A stretch of 64,000 nt of DNA. Source: Adineta vaga (Eukaryota > Animalia > Rotifera). Numbering within the stretch: the first letter of the stretch is position 1; each line of letters opens with the position of its first letter. The notes under the pieces were generated by a model, which ran no database searches, was not told the DNA's origin, and saw nothing but the letters and a program-made list of their open reading frames with translations. Below are positions 24,045 to 38,202 of this stretch, piece by piece. The stretch covers positions 6,634,001 through 6,698,000 of the forward strand of contig CP075497.1 of NCBI GenBank assembly GCA_021613535.1. The letters are read 5' to 3'. The translations under genes and the position numbers were made by a program.

Positions 24045-27000
24045 ATGGTAAAAAAGAAAATCGATAATCGTATTCGTGTCTTGTTAGAAAATGGAATAAA
24101 ATCATTCCAGAGATCTTTAATCGTCGTTGTTGGCGATAAAGGTCGTGATCAGGTAATATTCTTTTAATAATTTTCATCTTTCGTTTTATTCTACTCGACA
24201 TATTTCAGGTTGTTATTCTTCATCATATGCTTTCAAAAGCTCAAGTTAAAGCACGTCCAACTGTGTTATGGTGTTACAAAAAAGAACTTGATTTTTCTAC
24301 GTAAGTTAATTATTTCTTAATATCCAAAGTTTTCTCTACATTTTCACTTTGTAGCCATCGAAAAAAACGTATGAAACAAATGCTTAAACGACAAGCAACA
24401 ACTGGATCAACAGGCGGTGGTGATGATGATAATCCATTTGAAGTCTTTCTTTCTTCTACACAAATTCATTATACATTCTATGCTGATACACCAAAGATTC
24501 TCGGTCGAACATTTGGAATGTGTGTTTTACAAGATTTTGAAGCATTAACACCCAATTTATTAGCACGAACGATTGAAACAGTCGAAGGTGGTGGTGTTGT
24601 TGTTTTACTTCTTCAAACTATGCGTTCATTAAAACAATTATATACATTAACAATGGATATTCATGCACGTTATCGTACTGAATCTCATCGACAAACTGAA
24701 CCACGTTTTAATGAACGTTTTATATTGAGTTTATCATCATGTAAACAATGTTTAATTGTTGATGATCAATTGAATATTTTGCCATGTTCATCGAATGCAA
24801 GTTTAATGATTGAACCTCTTGCAGCTAAAACTGAAGAAAATAGTTTAACATCTGAACAGATTGAATTAAAAGAATTATGTTCTTCATTGAAAGATACTCA
24901 ACCGATTGGTCATTTAATTGATTGTTGTAAAACATTAGATCAAGGAAAAGTTTTATTAAAATTATTAGATTCAATTACGGATAAAGCATTTCGACATACA
25001 TGTTCAATAACTGCATCACGTGGACGAGGAAAATCTGCTTCACTTGGTTTAGCTATTGCAGGAGCGATTGCATTTGGGTATGATTTGATATGTTCTTCTT
25101 TGAATAAACTTCTTTTATTTTTATTTAGTTATTCAAATATTTATGTCACATCACCAGCACCGGAAAATCTGAAAATTTTATTTGAATTCATTTTAAAAGG
25201 TTTCAATGCACTTGATTATCAAGATCATATTGATTATGATATTCAATATTCTTCTAATGATCATAAAGAAAAGATCATCGTCCAATTAACAATTCATCGA
25301 CCTAAACAACATCGACAAGTCATTCAAGTATGTTTATATCAAAATCAGATGACATATCAAAAACCTTTTTTGTTTTTTCTTCATAGTACATTCAACCAAA
25401 TGAATCATCACGTTTAAGTCAATGTGAATTATTAATTATTGATGAAGCTGCAGCCATACCTCTTCCACTTGTTAAACAATTATTAACTGGTGCTAATTAT
25501 CTCGTATTTCTTTCATCGACTATTAATGGATATGAAGGTACTGGACGTTCACTTTCATTAAAACTTCTTGAACAATTACGACAACAAAGTGCTGTTTTAA
25601 CAAAAGCAACAAAAGCGACAACAAATAATCGAACATTAAGTGAATTAGAATTGAGCGAACCTATTCGATATGGTATTAATGATCCAGTTGAATTATGGTT
25701 AAATAATTTACTTTGTCTTGATTGTTGCCAAGATCCATCAAAATCCACGTAAGTTAAATCAATTTTTTTCGATTTAATCAATCAATCAATCAATCAATCG
25801 ACCGATTTTATTTTAGTAAAGCAACTCGTGGTTCATGTCCTTCACTTGATTCTTGTTCACTTTATTGTCTTGAACGTGATACATTATTTTCCTATAATGA
25901 ATCATCGGAATTATTTTTACGTCGTCTGATGTATCTTTTTGTTTCATCACATTATAAAAATTCTCCTAATGATCTTCAAATGTTATCCGATGCACCCGGA
26001 CATGATATCTATTGTTTACTTGGACCTATTCTTGATACTCATCAATTACCGGAAATTTTATGTGCAATTCAAGTTTGTTATGAAGGTGATTTATCGAAAG
26101 AAATTGTTGCTCGACAATTATCACATGGCCAACGAAGTTCTGGTGATTTAATTCCATGGACTATTGCACAAACATATCAAGATTATACGTTTGGAAAAAT
26201 GTCGGGAGTAAGAATTGTTCGATTAGCAACACATCCCGATTATCAACGAATGGGTTATGGAACAAAAGCAATTCAATTATTAGAAAAATACTTTCAAGGA
26301 AATATTATCAATCTTGATGAATTTGATAAACGAAAATCTCCAATATCACCTGTTGCTGAACAAGTAGATATCATCGATGATGAAGATTTACCATTATTGC
26401 AAGAAGAACTTCATCCACGACAAGGTCTTCCACCATTATTACAAAAACTTACCGAACGTCGTTTAACACATTCAATTGATTATCTCGGTGTATCGTATGG
26501 TCTTTCTTCTGATTTATTAAAATTTTGGAAGAAAAATCATTTTCTTCCAATCTATCTTCGACAAACAGCTTCAGATCTGACAGGTGAATATTCCTGTATT
26601 ATGCTTCGATCAATTCATTCAGCTGATCAAGCGCCATGGCTCTTTTCTTATTATCAAGATTTTCGTCGTCGATTACTTGCTTTACTTGGTTTTCAATTTC
26701 GAACATTTACACCTGGAATGGTACTTAATCTAATTCAACAAGGTGTTTTTCCTGAAATCAAAGAAGGTATGTACATGAATTAACTCTCATAACCTTCTTT
26801 ATTTATTCTTATCGTTTTAGAATTTAAGTCTTCATTAGTTGAACAAAATTTTACTGATTATGATCTTCGTCGTTTAGAATCTTATACACGAAATTTAGTT
26901 GATTATCATTTAATTCTTGATTTAATTCCCATTCTTGCAAGATTATTTTATTTAAATCGTTTACCAATTCAATTAACAGCTATTCAAATGGCATTAATTG

Positions 27001-27628
27001 CTGGTATTGGCCTTCAATATAAAACAATTGAACAATTAGAAACGGAATTAAACTTACCACAATCTCAATTGTTAGCATTATTCAATAAACTTATTAAAAA
27101 GATTATTGATGTAAAAAAAAGAAACATAGTTTTGAAGAAAAATATACAATTCATTCATTTCTATTCTAGTTAATAAATACAACACAAGAAAATGAATTAG
27201 GAAAAACGTTTGTCAATTCATTAGATACAGTCAATATGCAACCGTTAGATAAATCCCTTCGACAAGAATTGGTTCGCTTACTTGATAAATCTAATTTATT
27301 CGATTTGATTCGTTTATTTTTAGAATGAAGTAGCTGCAACGATTCGTAATCGACAATCGGAAGAAATCGATCGATTAATGCATGATCAACATTTATCAAA
27401 ATACGCAGTGAATGGTAGTGAAGATACATGGAAAGAAGAATTAAAAAGTGTATCAGATCCTGGTGTAATATCTATTCCAAGGTAAGTTCGACTTGATGAA
27501 GAGAAACAATGTTTGATTAAGTTTTGTTTTTTCGCAGGACAATTAACAAACGAAAAGATGTGGAAATCGAAAGTCATTTTGATCTTTCGAATAAGAAGAA
27601 ACCAAAAAAGAAAAAAAATAAATTTTAA
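24045..27628 (+). CDS. NAT10: RNA cytidine acetyltransferase, multi-exon
   Basis: MVKKKIDNRIRVLLENG, VLWCYKKEL, LTPNLLARTIETVEGGG, Walker A ASRGRGKSA, DEAAAIP, GYEGTGRSLSLKL, SSHYKNSPNDLQMLSDAP and GNAT motif RIVRLATHPDYQRMGYG. Basic C-terminus; stop 27626-27628. Confidence 0.97.
25776..25799. repeat. (AATC)n microsatellite in a NAT10 intron
   Basis: aatcaatcaatcaatcaatcaatc inside the intron starting at 25749. Confidence 0.85.
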
Positions 27629-27721
27629 TTCTTTTGAAAACGTTCTGTTTTCATTTTGTTTGTGAAAGAAAATAAAAATTGAAAAAGAATTCATCAGTTG
27701 TTTTCATTTCTAGATTTTCTT

Positions 27722-28128
27722 ATGGATCGGAAAAGTCAATTAGAATTACCATCTCCACCCACATTTTCTCAAATGATGGAAGATCTAGATATAATGGCAT
27801 CCGATGATAAAATCTTTAAATTACTTCAACTCGAACAGAATGGTATCAAATCTTGAAGTTTTTACGTAATTTAATCTGTTTCGATTTAGAAAATCCACCA
27901 ACGGATCGAACTCCTGTCGAACAGACTTATTGGCTTATCAATAAATTTCTAAGTCGATTGGAAACTCTTCAACGTCTTGATACAACTTTAACAACTCAAA
28001 ATGATTCGACAAATGATGAAGTGGAAAAGAAACTACGAGATACTATTGAACAACTGCAAATGTGTTTAACGAAACTAAAAACCAATACGTTTTCGAATAC
28101 TAAAAATGTTTTATCTGATAATAAATAG
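27722..28128 (+). CDS. C19orf25: UPF0449 / C19orf25-like protein, 119 aa, 2 exons
   Basis: Exons 27722-27842 and 27890-28128 with a 47-nt intron. LPSPPTFSQMMEDLDIMASDDKIF resembles the UPF0449 PxPPTxEQIxEDxxxAxxxDxVF motif, followed by a coiled coil. Confidence 0.65.
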
Positions 28129-28319
28129 TGATAACGAACTTTTCACCTATAAAAAAAAGCAAAAAACAAACTATATAAGAGCATGTTTTTATTTCAGCAT
28201 GTATTTGTAAAACACGTGTGTCGATAAACACAAGCAGGTGTGTGAGTCTTTTCGACAAAAGATTCTTCGCTTTTTATGCAAAGAAAATTTGGTTTTGATT
28301 GAATAAATTTTGAGATAAA

Positions 28320-30301
28320 ATGCGTACTGTTGCCATTATCGGCGGTGGTATTAGTGGTTTAATATGCATCAAATGTTGTTTGGATGAAGGACTTCTACCA
28401 ACATGTTATGAAATGACAAATGATATTGGTGGACTTTGGAATTATGATCAAAGTTCAGTCAATGGAAAAGCAAGTGTTATGAAATCGACTGTTATTAATA
28501 CCTCGAAAGAATTCATGGCTTTTAGTGATTTTCCTCCACCTATTGAATATCCAAATTTTATGCATAATACGAAATTATTATCATATTTTCGAATGTATGC
28601 AACGAAATTTAAATTAACAGAATATATTCAATTTCGAAGACAGGTGACTCGTATTGAACGAGCAGATGATTATGAACAGACAGGTTGTTGGTTAATTTAT
28701 AGTATTAATTCAAATAAATCAGAAGTAGAAGGAACGAAAGAAGATGAAAAATGTGAAAGATATGATGCAGTTATGTTGGCAACTGGTCATCATGCACATC
28801 CACGATGGGCTGATTTTCCTGGTTTAGAACATTTTAAAGGTAAATGATTAGAATTCAGAGAATGAAATGTATTCTAGTTTATGAATAGGTAGAAAATTAC
28901 ATAGTTGGGAATATAAAACTCCGCATGGTTTTGAAGATAAAACCGTACTTATTGTTGGTATTGGTAATTCTGGTGGAGATATGGTTGTTGAACTAGGTCG
29001 ATTTGCTAAACAGGTATCTGAAACTATTGATATAATTGTTCAATATTCTGTTAAACGAAAAAAATTATACGAAGGTGTATCTAAGCACTCGACGTGGTAC
29101 TTGGGTAATGAATCGCGTGGGACCTAGTGGTTGGCCAATGGACATGTACGCTACAAGTTCGATTGCTGCAGCAATTCAAAAATATTGTCCTTGGTTAGTA
29201 GATAAAATACTTGAACGAACTATGAGCCAAAGATTTGATCATGGATTATATAAATTGAAACCAAATCATCGTCCTCTACGTATGTATGGAAGATTGTTCG
29301 TTATTTTTTATGTATGCATTCCAGAAATATTTTCATATAGAACAACATCCATTTATGAATGATGATTTAGCAAATCGAATTTTATGTGGTTCTGTGATTA
29401 TTAAACCTAATATTAAAGAGTTTACAGCTGATGGTCATGGTGTTATATTTACTGACGGTTCCAAACTTGATCATGTCGATTGTATACTTATGGCTACAGG
29501 TTTTAATATTGCATTTCCATACTTAGATGAAAAGGTTCTTGCTGTTCATGATAATCGAGTAAGAATATTTAAAAATCTTTATGAAATTCTAATTGATAGA
29601 AATACCTTTAACTAGGTTCGACTTTATGAATATGTTTGGCCATCACATATGACACATTCAACACTTGCTGTAATGGGTCTTATTCAACCATGGGGTGCCA
29701 TTAATCCATTAACAGAACTTCAAGCACGATGGGCCACAAAAGTATTTAAAGGTGAATTGAAATTACCATCACGTTCCAAAATGGATGAAGATATTGACGA
29801 AAAAATTCGTCAGATGACGGAACGATATGTTTCATCTCCACGACATACTGTTCAAGTTGATTATATGGATTATTGTGATGAACTAGCTGATTACATTGGT
29901 TGTCGACCAAATATATGTAAGTTAAAGACACTTTATCTTTGAAATGTACGACATGTTTTCTTCTGTATTGTAGTAAAATTTTTAAAGACTGATTTTAAAC
30001 TTGGTTGGCAGCTATTATACGGATCATTCACACCATATCGTTATCGTTTGGAAGGTTCAAACAATTGGGATGGAGCTCGACAAGCAATTTTAGCACAAAA
30101 TGAAAGGTAGAAAAAATCATTATTTTTCGTTCCGTATTTGATTGTATGTTTGTTTATTTCTATACTAATAGAGTGAAATATCCATTATGTGCAACGCATA
30201 ACGATGGAAATAAACAGAAAATGAACTTTGGAGGAATTGTTTTGACAACAATGCTTTTTATTATTGTCTTTTTCTTGATTATCATTCAATATTTTATTTA
30301 A
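28320..30301 (+). CDS. FMO: Flavin-containing monooxygenase (dimethylaniline monooxygenase family), multi-exon
   Basis: FAD motif IIGGGISG, DIGGLW, INTSKEFMAFSDFP, MLATGHH, FMO signature FKGRKLHSWEYK, NADP motif VGIGNSG, ATGF and ELQARW, plus a C-terminal TM anchor. Stop 30299-30301. Confidence 0.95.
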
Positions 30302-31174
30302 TCATTAGATTGAGTTTGCTTTTAGGAAAGAGATATGAATCTATCAATGTTAGAAATATGCATTATCTCGAATCGTTTATTGACGTCTTGAAAAATAACA
30401 GTAAAACGTTTTAATCTTCGAATCTTAATTTTATAACAAATAAACAAAAAAAAAGGATTCATAAGATCAACGAATATTTACTGTAAACATACAGGAAGAC
30501 TCTAGAGTATTTCGTTTACTTTTTGTTTTTGAAGGACACCTATTGATTATGATCAACATTCATACACGGTACACATATATTCGTCTATTAATATGCATAT
30601 TAATATCACGTGATACTTGAAAATACTCATATCGCCTATCGATATTTCCTTTTCTTACCACTTTTTTTACAGGTACGTTTTACTCATAGTTTATGAAGTA
30701 CCAGTTATTTTATATGAGTATATATATATATATTTATATTTACCAAAACAAATTATTACGTTCTTTTCATCTCTTGCAATATAAAGTATCTGTAAGTCTG
30801 ATTTTCAATATTTTAACAAACAAGAAAAAGAAATGAATGTCCACTGATATACTGTATTTTATATAAAACATTTGAAAAACACTCACATTTTTCTATTTCA
30901 CCTCTCATCATTATCACGATATCAAGATCAAGAAAGACAACATTAACGAAAGAATATTGCCTGGACGAATACACTCATAGCAAAAACAGTACAGTCGTAC
31001 TGTGAGTTTACAAATAACGATGTATCTCACAAAAACAAAATAGCAATTATTAAACGTAATAAGAAAACTGCGTTGTTATTATTACATGAGTCATTTCAAA
31101 GTTTTTGTTTTATAAATACACATATATTATATACAAATGAAACTATATTTTTTTGCTTATTCTCATAGGTAATT

Positions 31175-33931
31175 ATGATGCGATATTATATTGGTTTGCA
31201 ATTCATCTTATTATCGATAATTGTTCCAAAGAGTTATGGATTATTTAGTCCTATTACGCCATATATGAACTATACTTATTCAGTTGAAATTTCATCAGTT
31301 TCAGCTGATCTTTGGTGGAGTATTGATACTAATAAAAGTGAAATTACATTTGAATTACATATGAATACTACTGGATGGATTGCCATGGGTATCAGTCCAG
31401 GTAAGATGAATCTTGCAATAGATCTTAATCTCTTGTTTTTGTATGTATCTATACAGCTGGTGGTATGACTGGTGCAGATATTGGTGTTGGATGGGTAAAT
31501 GGATCAGGTTCTGTCACTTTACAAGTACGAATAATTCTGTTATGATTTATTACAATTTAATTCTATTCTTTAGGATCGTTTTGCCTATACATATGCACAA
31601 CCTGTAATTGATAATACTACAAGTGATTGGTTTGCATTACAAGGTAAAGAAGAAAATGGTTGGACTGCAATTCAGTTTAAACGTTTAATTGATACATGTG
31701 ATTCTATGGATGTTCCAATTGAAGTATGAGTTCGATTTTACAAAATGAATATTAAATGTTTTTTTATTTATAAAAAATAATAGTCTGGAACTAATATTTT
31801 GATTTTTGCTTGGGGTCTTCAAGATCCTGATATAAATAATACTATAACTTATCATGAAACACGACGAGGTTCACTCATTATACCATTATTATCCTACACT
31901 AAACCACCCGATAAAAGCAAATTTGCTAATCTTAGTTCATTTGATTTTCGAGTCAATAATGTAGGTAATTGATTCGAATGATTCTTTCTATAACTAATCA
32001 TTTTTAGAATACCATTCCATCAAATGAATCAAGTTATTATTGTCAAGTATTTAAAATTCCAAATAATATTACCGAAAAAAGACATGTCATCGCTGTATGT
32101 ACATATGAATTCCATATTGAAAAAGTTTATTTTTATAAATATTTTTTCAGCGTGAAATTTTAATTGATTCCAGTGCTTCACCGTATGTACATCATTTAAC
32201 TTTATGTGAATGTGATGCTACAGCTGTATTCAATGATGATAATTTGCCACAAGGCAATTGTGATGATAATGTTACTGCATATTCACTATGTACATTTAAT
32301 ATTATCATGGCTTGGGCAACCGGTGGTGATTATGTAAGATTTTTTGAGAATAATTTCTTGGAAATTTTCAAGAAATATGATATGTAAAATAAAACTTGAC
32401 AATTAATCAATTTATTTTTGTATAGTTGGTAGAATATCCGGAAGAAGCTGGCTTACCAGTTGGTCAGAATTTTTCGATTAAATATTATATGATACAAATA
32501 CATTATTATAATGTGGAAACTAAACCAAGTAAATACACTTTTCATTGATTATTTAATGAAATATTTGAGAATTTTTTATTCATTTTTATAAGATAACGTT
32601 GATAATTCTGGTATTCGACTTTATCTTGCTAATTCACTTCGTCCAAATGATCTCGGTGGTTTAACATTTGCTCTACAATCCTCACCATTAAGTATTGCTA
32701 TTCCACCAAATGTAGATTCATTTCCAATAGATTCATTTTGTCCTGCTGAAGCTAGTCTTAATGTATGTTCTTAATCTTTTGATGGAATTCGCTGAAATCA
32801 TCCAATGTTGTGTATTTTAGAATTTTCCTTCAACTGGTGGCTTAACAGTTATTTCATCGTTTCCTCATACACATCTACAAGGTAAAATGCGTTTAAACTT
32901 TATTTTTTTTCTTTTCTAATCATCTTATTATCTTTTAAAAACATAGGTACAAGTGTATGGACCAAAGTGATTCGTAATAAAACTGCGGTTCAATATTTGT
33001 TCAATGCTGAATCGTATGATGCGAATTATCAATTTGAACATATTTTACCTCAACCAATAAAAATCTATCCCGTAATACATAACTACTAAGAGTCTTCTTT
33101 GTTCAAATTTGAAGTGATTTTTCTTTAGGGCGATGAATTTGCTACTCGTTGTGTATATAGTACAACTAATAAAAGTGTTATAACACTAGTAAATATCAAG
33201 GCAAAAACATTCATATTTAGTCTAAAAACTCTTTTTTATCCAGGGTGGTCGACGAATAGATCAAGAAATGTGTATTCATCTTTTCACATATTATCCACGA
33301 ATGACTAATTTACAATCGTGTGCTAGTATTATCAATCCAAGTTCATGGCAAAATATTACGAATATCTCAGCGTAAGTTCATTATTCAATTATTTCTATAT
33401 AACAAGCTGAAAACTTTCTTTAGAACTTCGTTCAATGAAACAACACTTTCCCAATGGTTGCTCAATGCTACTTGGACAGCAAATTCAACAGCTGCATGGC
33501 AAGATTTTTACAATACAGCACCGCGATTAACTGCCTTTGGTCGTGCAGGATTTTATAACATAACATCTATATTGAATGTAACATCATATACGGATTTAAA
33601 TATGAGCACATGTACTGATCATACAAATACTACTAGTACTTCCACGATGATGTCGACTAGTAGTTCCACAATCACATTCACCGATACTTCTACAATTACA
33701 TCGACTAGTGCATCTACAATTACATCGACTGGTACTTCTACAACTACATCGACTAGCACATCTATAACTATGTCGACTAGTACATCTACAATGGTACCAA
33801 ATACTACTACTTCAATTAATCCAATTTTGAACACAACTATTAGTACTGGTAATCACTTGGCCATCCCACACACAACATTTATTCTGTTTTTTCTAATGAT
33901 TTCATGTATAATCAATGAAATACTTAATTAA
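31175..33931 (+). CDS. MOXD1: DBH-like monooxygenase (DOMON + copper type II ascorbate-dependent monooxygenase) with S/T stalk and GPI/TM tail
   Basis: Signal peptide; DOMON (TTGWIAMGISPAGGMTGAD, ITYHETRRG). Cu ligands are intact: VHHL, IQIHY, FPHTH, QEMC. Also AWATGG and YDANYQ. Confidence 0.9.
33629..33796 (+). repeat. 24-bp coding tandem repeat, ~7 degenerate units (consensus TCGACTAGTACWTCTACAATTACA = STSTSTIT)
   Basis: Units start at 33629, 33653, 33677, 33701, 33725, 33749 and 33773. Confidence 0.9.
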
Positions 33932-36900
33932 GCGAAGTGATCTTATCAATATAGAAAATTTATGAAGTGCTCCAGTAGTGATGAACATCTTTTGTTTTAA
34001 TATCAAATCTTTTCTTTCCCTCTCCTTTCTTTTTATTGATTATAAATTCTGTTTTTTTTTGTTTTTTTTTAATTAAAAAATACAATATGTTTGTCAATAA
34101 ACTTTTGCAAAATGATTCTAATTTCGATATTTGCAGTAGAAAATATAAAGAAAATAAAATAACAAGGATTTGATCTCTTCTTTTCTCTTTCTTTTCATGA
34201 AACAGAGAAAAATCATTAGTTTTTTCCTTGATCGCTTGATAGCAATGCATATCAAATAAGTTCGAATATTTAACAATGTCTACGCATCTCTCTTACACTT
34301 AGCTTTTTTAATGATTCATTAGTGTACCTGTAATAGATGTAAGTATTCATGAATCTAGGAACGAACAAGTCACAGTACGAAACAATTGCTTTCATCAATG
34401 CCTATCCTTTCAATGTCATGAGCAACAATCACTATCAAGAAATTGATTTTCTAAAAAAGTATTCAATTCATGATCAAATAGCGGATGTTAGTCACGCTCA
34501 TATGATGTGACATATTACAATATATAGATCAAAATATTGATTGATAATACAGCTTGTATTTGATTGAATATCTCTTTTTCCAACTCAAGGATGATGAAGT
34601 GTCACAATACACGAAAGCAGAGGAAAAAAAATATTGAAATTGAAGGTCAGATTAAATCGTTCATATTAATAGAAATTTCCTTGTCATTAGAATAATCTTA
34701 ATTAGTAATTTTGTATTCGAATCAGCGATAAAACGCAAAAGAAATCGTAATACTTTGATTGGATCCCTTGAGAAGGTTTTCTTTCTCAGATGACTACAAC
34801 CTTCAATTGATCAATCGTTTCGATATTGGTTTCATATTCTGATTATATGTATCTTAAATAGATACGAAATAAATCTATACATCGATCATCTATTCTTTCA
34901 TTTAACGTTATGGATATATTTTGTAACAAATGGCGAACGACTGTGTGTATGTGCGCAATTTTCAAGGATGTATTGGGCATTCATGAGAAAAAGGAGAAGA
35001 AGAAGAACAAGAAGAATAAGAAATAAGATGATGAGGAAGAAGCAGTCGGCATTCTATCCTTGCTCTAGTTTTGAATAATAATAGGATGATTTCATTGTTG
35101 TATCGTTCTAGCAATTCTGCCAATTGAATTCGTTTTCTTCTTCCTTTCTCGTCATAATAATATATAGATATATGTGCATTGAGAAAAGAAAAAAAAGTCG
35201 ATTGAATTGATTTTTAAAGCTATTTGAACGTCTCTAACTCTCTATTCGATCATCATGTACAAATAAGCGTAATGAATGTCGATTGCTCACGCAAAAGCAC
35301 TTTATTTCTTTCCTTAGCTTGTTGCTTTTACATTTTTTCTAACGATAAGATGCATATTATCAATCGATTCGTCGATCGTGTTCAATATCCGCTCTTACCA
35401 TCGATATATATGCACAATATATGCATGTTTGTTGTTCAATTGTCGTTTAATTTCGCTTTTGTTCTTGTTTGGCCGTGACTTGTCCTATCACAATGTCATC
35501 GTTGTCGAATATAATAACGAACAAAGCATAATGGGAATAAAAAATGCGAGAAGAAAAAAAAATCGATACAACACTACTATCATTAACGATGCAAAGATGA
35601 CAACGCGTATTATACTTTTCCCTTTCTATTCTGCTTTGATTTTTAATCAAGTCTATCTTGCTAATATCCATACATTCATCGATTGACAGCAACTTGAGTA
35701 AGTTATTTCTAGGAGATCACAGCTAAATGATTACTGATTGACTGACTGATGCAAACGGCATTCATAAGATTGAAAAGGATCATGATTAAAAGGCAACGTT
35801 TGTTTTATTGCCTTGAAAGATAGGAGAAATCGTCGATGACGATGATGATGGCATCAATTATATAAAGAATATAAGAAGATCGACTTGTGATGTTGTTTGC
35901 ATATAGATATACAGATGGTGATTATGTCGTTGGATTTTTCTTTTATTATCATTGCAGGAGAAAAGAGGCGAAGAGAATGGCAAAAGACCTTGTTGATCAT
36001 TTTTCGTTGTACATATTCTTATCGATCATCATGATCAATGAACAGCAACCCGAGAATGTATAGTTAATGAGTTGTCTGTATTGCAAGGCATCTTCTTTTT
36101 GTTGTCATCATAATCATTACGCGTTTTCTTCTTCGTTCTATTTGAAAAAAAAATGAGAAGAATTCCGATCGGTCAGTTAATACACAGGATATAATAAATA
36201 GATACAGAATTACTCGTTTTCCTTATCAACTTATTCCTCTTTTTTGAAATGTAGTTCTTTTAACTGTCTTTTTATTATATAACATCGACTGTAATTTGTG
36301 CGGAAGGAAGGCAACCGTCGTTGATGCATAGCAAACAAAAAACGTTTCTTCTTTCGTCCTCTCACTCACTCTCGTCTTTCCTTTCTCTCTCTCTCTCTCT
36401 CTTTTCTTTGTAAATTGATCCTTAATTTGAATGACTAGAAGGGACTATGTTGGTCAGTTCAACGGCATCCATTCTCATAAGCAAAACTCCCATACTTCCT
36501 TTCCCTCTCTCTCTCTCTCCCTCTGTTCTCGCATGGACATTTGACATAGTTGACCAGATGCGGAACAACTGATGATGTCCTGCCGATATTTTATACGTAT
36601 GAAGTCACGCCTTGACTTAGATCATTCGTCAAATATATATGTACAAAATTTCATTATGTTCATGCATTTCAAACAGAAAGCCTAAAATAAATTTGTGATG
36701 AAAGTAATAACACAATGTTCGTGTAAAACCGATAACTACGATGATAGAGCGCGAACTGACAACGTGAGATACATCGGCACATTAATCGAATTCGTCGTCA
36801 CACGCGTCCTCCTCTTTTATTCGCCTTGGAGCACGCAATCGATAATTGGCGTCGAAACAGGATGTAACCCCGCGGGGCTAGTTGAACGTTTGAAGACTAT

Positions 36901-38202
36901 CAGACAGAGAAGTAGAGAGAGAAAGTGTTTTATAACATTGTTTCTCTTTGCATTCATCATTATAACATGGTACATTAGCACCTGTCGTCAATTAGTTCAG
37001 CTTATTTGTGATCTTTTGACTTGAATGTAAGGGTGAGTTATGATGTATAGTTTTTAACTAGTCATCAATCGGACAATCAGACATAAGGGAGGGTAGGATA
37101 AAACTAAATCCATTTTTATTCACTTCAAACAGAAATGTAAATGTGGGCTGGTCAGTAGTTACTTGTTCAAACTGTACCAATATTGTTATTGTTGTTCTTA
37201 AGAGAGGACGAAAGAATGTATTTATCATTTAATCTAGCTCTACCTCTAAGACACTGTTGAGCCTCTTTCGCCATCCTTTCTTTTACATACTCCCATATAT
37301 GTACAAAGATATAGATATATATATATATACATACATGCATACATACACTTAGCGCAATGTGCAAGAAAGAGATGAGGAGAATAATGATAGATATGCGCGC
37401 AATATGTAGGCAATTTTGTTTCTCCATTTCTCTTTGTCCCACTTTTTCTCTCTTCATTGAACACACACACACACACGTATACATACATCGACGCAAGCCT
37501 AGAGATATTTGTGAGACAATAAAATTTATATTAATCGATTGAATTTTGTATCAAAACGTAAGTAGTTTTTCATTCGATTTAATTTTTAATTATTATCATC
37601 ATCATTTCTTTATGTTAATCAATAATTATTTATCTCTTGCATATCGTCAAATAGTAAAAAATTGAAAGAGAAAATAAGCAGAAGAAAAATCATCAAGAAA
37701 GAAGGAAAGGAGAACGTTCAGAAGACACACTCACTTTCTTTCTCTACGCTTCTTTTTTTTCTCTGTATACGCATTGATGACAAAAAGATGGAGAGGCTCT
37801 TTTCATCGGTTCCACCCAGCAACATAGAGAAAAGAGATAGAGATACTTCCATTGCTGATAGATAATTGACGAAGAGAGAAAGAGTGAGCGAATGGAGAAA
37901 TAAGATATTCTTAGAATAGATTTGTCAAATATGTTATTGTTGTTTTTTTTTTCGATGATCAATCTGTTTCTACCGTTATCATAACATAAGTATAGCATTG
38001 AATCAACACACTTCAATGACTGTGAATTCAACAAAAAAATCTTAACACATACGATTTCTTTTTCCTTCATCGTATGTATGTGTGATTATAACATCGATGT
38101 AATTTCTTTTTCGATATTTAGAAATATAAAAAATGCAAAATTCACCGGAAATGACTACTGATTTATAAAATTTCAAAACGACAACGACGAACTATTTCGA
38201 CT

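Noticed and set aside
33619-33834. - strand ORF with VLVDV repeats; regularly spaced repeat resembling an array
   Set aside because: Antisense of the MOXD1 Ser/Thr 24-bp repeat. Units are contiguous with no unique spacers, so it is not CRISPR.
33960-38070. Short ORFs in the 4-kb block upstream of the neurexin-like gene
   Set aside because: No recognisable domains; composition fits promoter, UTR and intron DNA (GC-richer patch ~36750-36900, acceptor at 38120-38121).
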